Part shown: positions 15,001-21,912 of the stretch, one piece after another
How the letters are laid out: every line of letters begins with the position of its first letter
How positions within the stretch are numbered: position 1 is the first letter of the stretch
Source of the DNA: a virus
Lineage: Duplodnaviria > Caudoviricetes
Strand: one strand, 5' to 3'
Virus record (IMG/VR): IMGVR_UViG_3300027486_000020
Coordinates: 1 to 29,844 of that record
DNA length: 29,844 nt
The notes under the pieces: generated by a model
Told to the model about the DNA's origin: nothing
Databases searched by the model: none
The model's input: only the letters and a program-made list of their open reading frames with translations
Translations under genes and position numbers: made by a program

Positions 15001-16934
15001 AGGCCGGCGTACAGAACCTGGGCATGTACAACCCGCGTAAGATCAAGTCGGCGATCGGCAACGAGGGCACGTATAACACAAACGAGCTGGACATCAACAA
15101 GGCCAAGGGCGGTCTGGTGCACCTGCAGTCTGGTGGTAATCCCAAGATGGCCGCGTTGAAGGCGATGGCCACGCCTGTTGTGGATCGTCTTAGCATGCAC
15201 TTCAAGGACGTCACCAAGCGCATCCCACAGTTGCAAGAGGCTGCACAGCGCATGAAAAACGGCGAACCTGTTACTCGTGAAGAGTATGAGATGCTAGTTA
15301 ACGCGTACAAGCCCGTGAAGCCTTTTGCATTTGTTCCAAAGCCGGCAACAAAAGAAGAAGCCATTAACGCGCTGACGGCGGACAAAAAAGGCCTGTTTGG
15401 TGCACCGTCTCAAATACTCCAACCGGGGCAAAGTGTAGGCCTTCGCCTTGACATACCGGCATACTCTGACCATGGCGTTTGGGTGCCTGCCGTTCACGAG
15501 AAGGGCACGAAGGCTGGCGCTGGTACACGTGTCGGATACGAGAGTGTGGCGTCTGTCAATAACCCCGTGTTCAACATGTCCGACAAGGGCGCACTGAGCA
15601 TTGCATCTGGTAAACCTAAGTCCACCATTGCCACGATCGAAGGCGGCTGGAACCCGGTCGACGAACAGACCGCCATAGCCAACGCACAACGATATCTGGA
15701 GCATCCGGACTGGCGTCAGGTGGGCATGGACCCCGAGCGCCACGGCTACTTCTACGACCGCGCGTCCATGGAACCGGTCCTGAGCGCTGAAGAGGCGCTA
15801 CAGATCGGTCCCCTGGTGTTGGCGCGCAAACCGGTGTATGGCAAGAAAGAAGACTTTGGTTTTGCTAAGGGCGGTCTGGTGCACATGCAATCGGGTGGTA
15901 ATCCCAAAGCGGCCGCTTTGAAGGCCTTTGCCGACCCCGCCGCCAAATACCTGAAGGACTGGTCCTGGAAGCCAATGCCTGAAGTTGCGGGTAAGCTGGA
16001 CCTGAGAACGGTGCCCGACTACATCCAGGGGGGCTACGGCCAGTTTATGAAGGACCAAGCCAGGCGCGCCGCCGCCGGCGACCTCAACGCCCGTGACCTG
16101 ATCAAGGCGTACACTATCACCCAGTCAAGCATTGGCCGCGGTGGGCTGTCGCATGCAACGGCCACCAAGGCCGGCCTCAAGCTGCCGAACACCGGCGGCG
16201 AGGTCCGACCCGAGGGCGCGTTTGCTGAGTGGCTCGGCTCCCCCATGGGCCAGCGCTACCTGGATACGGCGTCAGCCGGTCAGGCAGACCCCCGGGCCCT
16301 TGCTGAAATTCAACAGCAGTTTGCCCCGTTTGGAAAGCAAAACGACCTAATTGAAAAGATGCAGTACGCGGCGCAGACGATGCCCAACCTGTCGCAAAAC
16401 CTTAACCAAGCAGTCCTCGGCGACAAGGACGCGTATCGCAACTGGGCCGAGCAGATGAAGGGCGTGGCCGGTGCCAAGTCTGGATTCATTGGTTCGATGC
16501 TGGGCCGCGGTGACTTGCCCACGTTTGACGCGCGTCAGATTAACCTGCACACGGCAAACCAGGCTCCCGTCGGCATCAGTTCGATTATGAACCGCGGGAA
16601 GGGCCAGGGTGGCCGTGAGGCCGTCGATCGCCTTGCCGCGCGTCAGGAGGCCCTTGGGCTTGAACTGGACCCCTCCCTGGACCCGTTCTACCAGCATCTG
16701 ACCCATCACGCCGTGTGGGACAAGGTTGGCAACAACCAGACCACGCACGACGACCTAGTCAAGGCCATGCGTAACTACAAGGCTGGCGGTCAGGTTGGCC
16801 TGTATGCCAACATTCACGCCAAGCGTGAGCGCATCAAGCAAGGCTCTGGTGAGAAGATGCGCAAGCCTGGCTCTGAGGGCGCGCCCACGGCCGACGCCTT
16901 CCGCGAGTCTGCTAAGACAGCCAAGCGGAAATGA
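12060..16934 (+). CDS. Giant multidomain (polyvalent) ejection protein: lytic transglycosylase plus several effector-like modules
   Basis: 1624 aa. N-terminal SLT motifs (AMQESSF, GVMML, NIRGGVGYL, AYHDG); ART-like YHGT module; HhH-GPD-like module; modules separated by repeated xxxGG linkers. Confidence 0.85.
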   Translation: MMEWLNKLSPQQRAIADKVAAEADRQGVPRELALAAAMQESSFKPQAKSKTGPVGVMMLGRAAAKEQGVNRYNIDQNIRGGVGYLKQNLAQQGGDPQRALIAYHDGPNSDFFKGGSMSPAAYNHLQKVKSYGGFQGDLIPMATKPENTNTGVSIADIEPIPDIPMFSQPQETPGFGNAADIGSAGAGALTGMFTAPSVRKQAEINRSLIQAANASNVPINEANAANMQRYNDELAQRKRLLDAITEAQKSGGVPGYVESQLQGGAEDVVSRDPRVISNRTAQAVIPEYESGNTRAQAVNRGELVSDPNRFAGLSVPRTELAPPGPTPQQLVAQQLGPEPTRPVPHQLNVPQVQPIRSMAAQGAATGALTGFNALKAAEGIHSDDPVKALLGSVGAVSGGLANQSRNPRTAMLAGTLSAISGAAGHGLDMIRGQKKPQDKSVLNKAEGGLARLPKFAGKGESLVRGGKALAKKAEDVIGFSPAEKQPDAWKLGDQKPGKLSDWAQNYLGHWYVPTQADRMGGVGGSSYSANQLVLPQYANRAWGSGKKGTATSIANLAKDPRFGGPENQIFAPILGKKNMHESNQIVFNTLVDEFYKNPEKLTPELRSKINAYIQSGGVTPKGKLKFDPIPGFDIADRGMVEELGKTFDKRKAIAQHAFGGEGISKTKAQIIPYQQILDEMSDPMTHGAPSFSMGPRAFRLTGEVESVPRPDLNLAYPNQLFGQDLNVTYTPVPGELSLMDFGNQWRKDMGKTEAKPSGALHQPGYFEYTLGYKLPGASERTYPRQLMSEEWVKELQRSGFADGGLVNLQSGGNPKTALLKTLGNKVLPLVERDANLQKFLLPSQEKRRMYHGTTGDINKFNPNNNITFLTPEPTFANSFAAKSFDPVESQSRGPNPVVKPGANVMPVHVQAENIFNPYKPSHLDSLYDKLMQDYGQDLGSYNVRQMVHDVKNPYDNWQAIENDMVQKAIKELGHDSFVSTEAGVQNLGMYNPRKIKSAIGNEGTYNTNELDINKAKGGLVHLQSGGNPKMAALKAMATPVVDRLSMHFKDVTKRIPQLQEAAQRMKNGEPVTREEYEMLVNAYKPVKPFAFVPKPATKEEAINALTADKKGLFGAPSQILQPGQSVGLRLDIPAYSDHGVWVPAVHEKGTKAGAGTRVGYESVASVNNPVFNMSDKGALSIASGKPKSTIATIEGGWNPVDEQTAIANAQRYLEHPDWRQVGMDPERHGYFYDRASMEPVLSAEEALQIGPLVLARKPVYGKKEDFGFAKGGLVHMQSGGNPKAAALKAFADPAAKYLKDWSWKPMPEVAGKLDLRTVPDYIQGGYGQFMKDQARRAAAGDLNARDLIKAYTITQSSIGRGGLSHATATKAGLKLPNTGGEVRPEGAFAEWLGSPMGQRYLDTASAGQADPRALAEIQQQFAPFGKQNDLIEKMQYAAQTMPNLSQNLNQAVLGDKDAYRNWAEQMKGVAGAKSGFIGSMLGRGDLPTFDARQINLHTANQAPVGISSIMNRGKGQGGREAVDRLAARQEALGLELDPSLDPFYQHLTHHAVWDKVGNNQTTHDDLVKAMRNYKAGGQVGLYANIHAKRERIKQGSGEKMRKPGSEGAPTADAFRESAKTAKRK
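14466..14519 (+). repeat. 54-nt dispersed linker repeat, copy 1 (GGLVNLQSGGNPKTALLK)
   Basis: 42/54 identical to copy 2 by manual alignment. Confidence 0.9.
15108..15161 (+). repeat. 54-nt dispersed linker repeat, copy 2 (GGLVHLQSGGNPKMAALK)
   Basis: 47/54 identical to copy 3 by manual alignment. Confidence 0.9.
15870..15923 (+). repeat. 54-nt dispersed linker repeat, copy 3 (GGLVHMQSGGNPKAAALK)
   Basis: 47/54 identical to copy 2; four of the six differing codons are synonymous. Confidence 0.9.
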
Positions 16935-16938
16935 TTTC

Positions 16939-16966
16939 GGGCAAAGCGGACGGAGAAGCCGCGCCC
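16939..16966. terminator. Possible weak hairpin at the convergence of the two arms
   Basis: gggc-aaa-gcgg...ccgc-gccc bulged stem in the 36-nt gap between convergent stops; U-tract poor. Confidence 0.25.
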
Positions 16967-16970
16967 ACCT

Positions 16971-18908
16971 TTATTTGCGGTAACGAGTATCGATCCACGA
17001 CTCCGCGGCAAGCGGAAAGTTGGGTGCCCAACTTGGCGGGGTGGTGAGAGCGGTCATCATCAACTTCTCTACCTCTTTCGCGTCTTCAACGCGACTGAGT
17101 GAAAGGACCTCGTCATGGATAAGGTTGATCACATCCACGCCTTTATCATTCAAAAGCCGCGCAGGCTCGGCCAGAAAATCTCGAGCAGTGCCCTGGACGG
17201 AACTCTGGAAAATGCTGGACCCGATGAGCTTGTTGCGCCCCCACTTGCGGGTGTAGGTGTTCTGGCTGAGAACGTAGACGACCTCCCCCATCTTCCCCCA
17301 CGGGGTTAACTCTTCGACGACCTCTGGTCGTTGCCAGCAGATCAGGCGCCCGCTGGGCAACTGCATCCACAGCGCGCCACGCGCAACCTTCAACACCACC
17401 TTGCCGGCCTTGAACGGCTGTCCCGGGCTCTTGATGGCGTCCACCGCCGCCTGCCCCATCGCGTACCAGCAATTCTTCACCTTGGCGTAGGCTGTCCGGT
17501 ACGTGTTGACGATCTCCTCGGCCTGCGCCGGGGACAACACCACCCCCATGCCTTCCGCGTAGGCCACGAGGCCCTTGGCCCCCTGGCCGAACATGCACCC
17601 GAGCACGGCCGACTTGCTGACCTGCCGCATGTCCTTGGTCACCTCCTCGTACGCAACCTTGTACAGCACGGTGGCGAACGTCTTGTACTCGTCCATACCC
17701 TGGCGGAATAGCTCCAGCTTGTCGTTCTGCCCGGCCATCCAGGCAGACACCCGGTTCTCGATCGAGCTCAGGTCGGCGTCGACGAACGTGTAGCCCTCTG
17801 GCGCCTTGATGGCGTTGCGCACGATGGACGAGCAGGCGTCCATGACGCGGGCGCCAAACAGTAGCCGCATCAGTTTGTGGGACCCCTGCTCTAGCGCGCC
17901 GTCAACTGCCTGTTTCATATTATCGTCCGTCATCCACAGCGCGGGGCGGGCGATGTTCTGCAGGTTGATGCCCCTGGACGCCCAGCGGCCGGTCGAGGCG
18001 CCGTGGTATACGAGACCGTTGCGGATGCGGCCACCCACCTGGACCTCGGCCATCTTGTTGAACTTGGTCACAGAGGTCTTGGATCCCTCCATGCGGAGCT
18101 GTAGCACATGGGATACATCTTTATCTTTGTGCCCCGCCTTGGCAGCTTTCTCGAGCGTTTCGGCCTGCATGTCGGGCAGGTTCAGCCCGCGCTCGTTAAA
18201 CCACTTGAGTAGCTGGTCGCGCTTGCTGACCTCGATGCCGCCAGTCAGCTGGGTGATCTGCGCGTTGATCGACTCGATCTCCTTGTCCACCACCCCGATC
18301 ACGTTGTCCAGCTCCCGTGGGTCCACCGGCACCCCGCGGTCGTTGATCTGTTGTGTGAGCACCCACACCCGGCGCTCGTTGAAGTTGAGTGGCCGTAGCT
18401 TGGCGACAATCGACATCTCGGTCTGCACGTCGCGCTTACAGTAAGCGAACAGCTCGGCCATAAGCTCTGGGTCCTCGCTGAACGTGCCGTCCTTCTTTGG
18501 CTTGCACAACAGCTGGATTAGCTTCTTGCCACGTTTGTCTTTCTGGAACTCCGAGCCCATCACCTCGCCGGCCGTGTCCAGGTCCTGGGGTATGTTGTTA
18601 GCGGCCGCGATGGCCATGGAGTCAACGAGCTGGTCCCACTTGATCTGGGGCCAGCCTAGCTTGGTGCCTACGCGGTTCCAGATGTGGTACTCGAACGCCG
18701 CATTCCATGCGGCAATTGGGCCACCATCCGCCGCGTGGTCGAGCACCCACTGGGGCACGTCCTCGGGGCGCCACACATCTACTTTGTCGGGGGAGGGTCC
18801 AGCCGCGATGCAGAGTATCTCTGTGCTTGGGTCGCTGGAATAAACGTCAAGGCCGCGGTCTTTGAGGTCGATGCGGCTACGTGTTTCAAAGTCAATCGAC
18901 AGAATCAT
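16971..18908 (-). CDS. polA: Family A DNA polymerase with 3'-5' exonuclease domain
   Basis: ExoI IDFETRS, ExoII AWNAAFE, motif A DADLSSIENRV, motif B RQVSKSAVLGCMFG, motif C IHDEV; AGGAG SD 6 nt upstream. Confidence 0.95.
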   Translation of the reverse strand: MILSIDFETRSRIDLKDRGLDVYSSDPSTEILCIAAGPSPDKVDVWRPEDVPQWVLDHAADGGPIAAWNAAFEYHIWNRVGTKLGWPQIKWDQLVDSMAIAAANNIPQDLDTAGEVMGSEFQKDKRGKKLIQLLCKPKKDGTFSEDPELMAELFAYCKRDVQTEMSIVAKLRPLNFNERRVWVLTQQINDRGVPVDPRELDNVIGVVDKEIESINAQITQLTGGIEVSKRDQLLKWFNERGLNLPDMQAETLEKAAKAGHKDKDVSHVLQLRMEGSKTSVTKFNKMAEVQVGGRIRNGLVYHGASTGRWASRGINLQNIARPALWMTDDNMKQAVDGALEQGSHKLMRLLFGARVMDACSSIVRNAIKAPEGYTFVDADLSSIENRVSAWMAGQNDKLELFRQGMDEYKTFATVLYKVAYEEVTKDMRQVSKSAVLGCMFGQGAKGLVAYAEGMGVVLSPAQAEEIVNTYRTAYAKVKNCWYAMGQAAVDAIKSPGQPFKAGKVVLKVARGALWMQLPSGRLICWQRPEVVEELTPWGKMGEVVYVLSQNTYTRKWGRNKLIGSSIFQSSVQGTARDFLAEPARLLNDKGVDVINLIHDEVLSLSRVEDAKEVEKLMMTALTTPPSWAPNFPLAAESWIDTRYRK

Positions 18909-18941
18909 TTCATGCTCCTAAAGGCTATCGGACGTATCCGG

Positions 18942-18976
18942 AAAAAAGGGGGAACGGTGATTGTATCACCGTTCCC
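18942..18976 (-). terminator. Intrinsic terminator upstream of the polymerase gene
   Basis: Perfect 12-bp inverted repeat gggaacggtgat/atcaccgttccc followed on the minus strand by cc-tttttt. Confidence 0.75.
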
Positions 18977-19005
18977 AAAGTCCCCAACCACGAGGACACA
19001 CCAAC

Positions 19006-19218
19006 TCACACCAACGTTTGCTCCAGACGCTTGATCTCGCGGTCCAGGTACCAGCGGGCCTTTTTCAGGTCCTCGAGCTGTCTGCCCTTATGGCTGGCAC
19101 GCGATACGTACTTGACGACGTTACCGAGGTGGTACCCAAGTTGCTTGGCCTCGATGTAGTCTATCGTTTCGATTCCCCCAGTCTTGTAGTGTGAGGGATG
19201 ATTCACTGCGTCCGTCAT
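19006..19218 (-). CDS. DUF3310 (SaV-like) protein
   Basis: DAVNHPSHY..GGIETIDYI...GNVVKYVSRA..K...EDLKKARWYL signature. Confidence 0.9.
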   Translation of the reverse strand: MTDAVNHPSHYKTGGIETIDYIEAKQLGYHLGNVVKYVSRASHKGRQLEDLKKARWYLDREIKRLEQTLV

Positions 19219-19221
19219 AAC

Positions 19222-21093
19222 TTATAGCTCACACACGCCAGCCACGCAGGCCAGCATTTGGGCGCCCTCGACGTTGTCGCGGTTCTCAACAAACGCGTGC
19301 CAATCGATCGTGGGCATCTCGGCCAGCAGCTTGTTGTACTGCGCCTCGTCACACGTCTCATACGGCGCCTGACGATACGTACCGCCGTCGTGAGGCAGGA
19401 ACGACACGCCAGACATCTCGTCGAAATGCTTCCACACGAACGCACCAACGCTTGGCCACTCGTTCTCTGTCACCGAGATGGTGACCGAGGGCTTGTGCTC
19501 GCACCAGTGGCGTTGGTATGTCAGCCACAGCTCGAGGTGCTTGATGGCGTCCACGTCGTCGCGCGTTACCAGGCCCTCGGGCGCGCGCTGGGGGAAGCTG
19601 AACACGGTGGTCGTGTTGGGCTTCATCACGCACGGCTCGGCCGGGATACCCTGGCTGATCAAGAACTGCGTCAGCGGGTCCTTGTTGTCACCACGCACGC
19701 GGCGGATGTAGAACGGCGCGTGGCGCGGGTGGATACCGCTTGCGGTGTCTGTCAGCTGGCTCACGGTCCCGCTAGGCTTGACCGCGGTGATGGCCGTCGA
19801 GTGAGGGATGCCCAACAGGTCGGCGATCTCGGCGTTAGCCTCGTTGGCGACCTCACGTAGCTGATCCAGCCACAAGGGCGCCGAGCGCACGCTACCCATG
19901 ACCTCGTGGTCATAGATGCCGGTTAGGGACACGCCCAGCAAACGCTCCTCCTCGGTGTTGCGTTGCCACACCTTGCGCAGGTAGGGGAAGTGCGTGAACG
20001 TCGCCTGGATCGTGCCCAGGATGGCCGCCATGCGCACCTTTTGCTTCAGGGTCTCCAGCGTGTCGTCGGGGCGCACCATGACCTCGGTCAGGTTACAGAA
20101 CTGGTACGGGCGCAACACGATCTCACTGCAGGGGTTGGTGCCGAACTCGAAGTTGGGGTCACGCTTGCCGTACTTGGCCACGACGTGCTTTGCCGCCTCG
20201 CGGTTGAAGATACCGCGCTCGCCGCTGTGGCTGTTGTACAGCGAGGTCCACTCTTCCAGGAAGGTGCCCACGGTCGGCTTGCTGTCGTACACGGCGCTGT
20301 TGTTGGCCAGCGCGCGGTGCGGGTGGGTCTCCCACCAGTTGCCCGACTTGGCGTGGCGGATGCGCTCATCGTTCAGGTCGGACAGGCTGATCATGGCCGA
20401 GCGGCGCACGCCGCCCACGACCACCACCTCGCCGATCTTGCACATCAGGTCGTGGCACTCGAGCGTGTTGAGCTTGCGGCCCAGGGCGCCACGGAACGTC
20501 TTGATGGTGAACTGGAACAGGTCAACTAGGGGCTCAGGGCCCGATGCGCGGCCACCAAACGTCTTCAGGGGCGTGCCCGCGGCGCGGACCTTGCTCACGT
20601 CCCATTTTGGGATCTCGCCGGCATAGAGGCTCGCCAGGAGCATGCGGTAGGCCTTGGCCCAACCCTCCTTGCTGTCGGCCACGGTGATGAAGTGCTCGGA
20701 CTCGAACAGGCGCTCGGGCACCTCGGGCAGTTTGTTGGTGTACTTGGACTCCACGCTGAAGCCCACGCCGGTGCCACACAGCAGGATGAACATGGCTTCG
20801 TCGAACGACTTCACGTCGTCCACGGGCAGGTAGGAACAGTTGTAGATGCAGGTGTTGTCGCGGTCTGCGGCCTTGCCCGAGGTCATCATGGCGCGCATAG
20901 AGGGCATGATGTGCATGCCGTGGATGGCGTTGTAGATGTCTTGCTTGAGCGTGCCCCGATCCAGCTCGGCGTTGCGGTCAAAGATGTAGTTAACGTATCG
21001 CTGGACCGTCTCGTTCCAGTCCTCCCGGCGACCTTGCTCGGGGAGGTATTTTGCGTAGCGTGACTTGTGGATGTATTGTTGGTATTGGTTCAT
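19222..21093 (-). CDS. nrdJ: Class II (adenosylcobalamin-dependent) ribonucleotide reductase, monomeric RTPR type
   Basis: MPSMR, YNCSY, GTGVG, GGVRRSA, TNPCSEI, VKPSGT and C-terminal ACVAGVCEL; no small-subunit gene adjacent. Confidence 0.92.
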   Translation of the reverse strand: MNQYQQYIHKSRYAKYLPEQGRREDWNETVQRYVNYIFDRNAELDRGTLKQDIYNAIHGMHIMPSMRAMMTSGKAADRDNTCIYNCSYLPVDDVKSFDEAMFILLCGTGVGFSVESKYTNKLPEVPERLFESEHFITVADSKEGWAKAYRMLLASLYAGEIPKWDVSKVRAAGTPLKTFGGRASGPEPLVDLFQFTIKTFRGALGRKLNTLECHDLMCKIGEVVVVGGVRRSAMISLSDLNDERIRHAKSGNWWETHPHRALANNSAVYDSKPTVGTFLEEWTSLYNSHSGERGIFNREAAKHVVAKYGKRDPNFEFGTNPCSEIVLRPYQFCNLTEVMVRPDDTLETLKQKVRMAAILGTIQATFTHFPYLRKVWQRNTEEERLLGVSLTGIYDHEVMGSVRSAPLWLDQLREVANEANAEIADLLGIPHSTAITAVKPSGTVSQLTDTASGIHPRHAPFYIRRVRGDNKDPLTQFLISQGIPAEPCVMKPNTTTVFSFPQRAPEGLVTRDDVDAIKHLELWLTYQRHWCEHKPSVTISVTENEWPSVGAFVWKHFDEMSGVSFLPHDGGTYRQAPYETCDEAQYNKLLAEMPTIDWHAFVENRDNVEGAQMLACVAGVCEL

Positions 21094-21104
21094 TTTATAG
21101 GGTC

Positions 21105-21130
21105 AAAAAAGCCCAGCGCGTGCGCCAGGC
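21105..21130 (-). terminator. Intrinsic terminator just upstream of nrdJ
   Basis: Minus strand gcctggcg-cacg-cgctgggc-tttttt (8-bp stem including G-U pairs, then U6). Confidence 0.65.
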
Positions 21131-21155
21131 CAGTGGAGACGGTGTGGTTGTGTGG

Positions 21156-21326
21156 TTAGGCGGCGGTTTCTTCTTTATCTTTCTCCTCTTCAAGTAGCGC
21201 CTCGGCCTGGGGTTGGCCCTGCTCGGCGATGGCGCGGATGGTTGTGTGGACCTCTGCAAAGGGCAGGCGCCCCAGCAGGCTCAGGATGAAGTTGACTTCG
21301 TCAACGGTGAATTTCAGTGTGATCAT
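21156..21326 (-). CDS. Small hypothetical protein (56 aa)
   Basis: MITLKFTVDEVNFILSLLGRLPFAEV...; start moved to ATG 21326, which has a GGAG SD. Confidence 0.75.
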   Translation of the reverse strand: MITLKFTVDEVNFILSLLGRLPFAEVHTTIRAIAEQGQPQAEALLEEEKDKEETAA

Positions 21327-21336
21327 GAATGCTCCG

Positions 21337-21366
21337 AAAAGGTGCCCGTCTTTCCGGGCTGTCACG
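21337..21366 (-). promoter_or_regulatory. Intergenic hairpin (gcccg-gaaaga-cgggc), possible weak terminator or protein-binding site
   Basis: Minus strand cgtgacagcccggaaagacgggcacctttt directly after the SSB stop codon. Confidence 0.45.
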
Positions 21367-21372
21367 CAGTCT

Positions 21373-21888
21373 TTACACTGCGAAATCTTGCGCGGCGGAG
21401 GTACCACCACCCAGCTTCTCACCATCTTCCAGCTTCTGCAGGTTGTTCAGGCCGCAGGCAATGCCCTTGGAACCTGCCTGGTTGTACGCATAGAACGTCA
21501 ACGATGCACGACCATAGCAACCGCTGTAGAACTCGCCCTGGTCCATGATCTGGTCCAGGTTGGCGTCCACGATCTGCGGCTTCATCGACGAGTTGGCGTT
21601 GATGAAGAACGCACCCTGGTAGGCCGCGTCATCCTTCTCTGCGTCTCCGTCACGCAGGCCACCCTTGAGTGCTTTGGGGATTGTGCCCCCGAACACCGCG
21701 GCGCTACCCTGCTTGACCTTCTCGACAGCGGCGTTGATCTTGTTGATCGTTTCCTTGTCGTTTTTGTCGATGATGATGGACACCGAGTACTTGGGGTCCT
21801 TGCCCTCTTCGCTTGCCTTCGGGGTGAAGACGTTAGCGTAGGAGAAACGAACTTTACCGGTAACCACTTTTTCGCTGACTTTGGCCAT
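21373..21888 (-). CDS. DUF2815 single-stranded DNA-binding protein (T7 gp2.5/Enc34-like)
   Basis: VRFSYANVF, KYSVSIII.K, LRDGD, FYSGCYGRAS, GIACGLNNLQK, C-terminal DF; AAGGAGG SD. Confidence 0.92.
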   Translation of the reverse strand: MAKVSEKVVTGKVRFSYANVFTPKASEEGKDPKYSVSIIIDKNDKETINKINAAVEKVKQGSAAVFGGTIPKALKGGLRDGDAEKDDAAYQGAFFINANSSMKPQIVDANLDQIMDQGEFYSGCYGRASLTFYAYNQAGSKGIACGLNNLQKLEDGEKLGGGTSAAQDFAV

Positions 21889-21912
21889 CTTGGCCTCCTT
21901 GTTTACAGAAAC

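Noticed and set aside
14466-15923. Dispersed repeats as a diversity-generating retroelement TR/VR pair
   Set aside because: Mismatches are not adenine-specific and there is no reverse transcriptase in the window.
106-16748. Minus-strand and alternate-frame ORFs within the structural arm (e.g. 106-726, 5991-6587, 8292-8936, 14691-15236)
   Set aside because: They overlap well-supported, tightly coupled + strand genes and show no protein-family features.
21094-21155. Cobalamin riboswitch upstream of nrdJ
   Set aside because: Only ~60 nt of intergenic space and no B12-box-like sequence seen.
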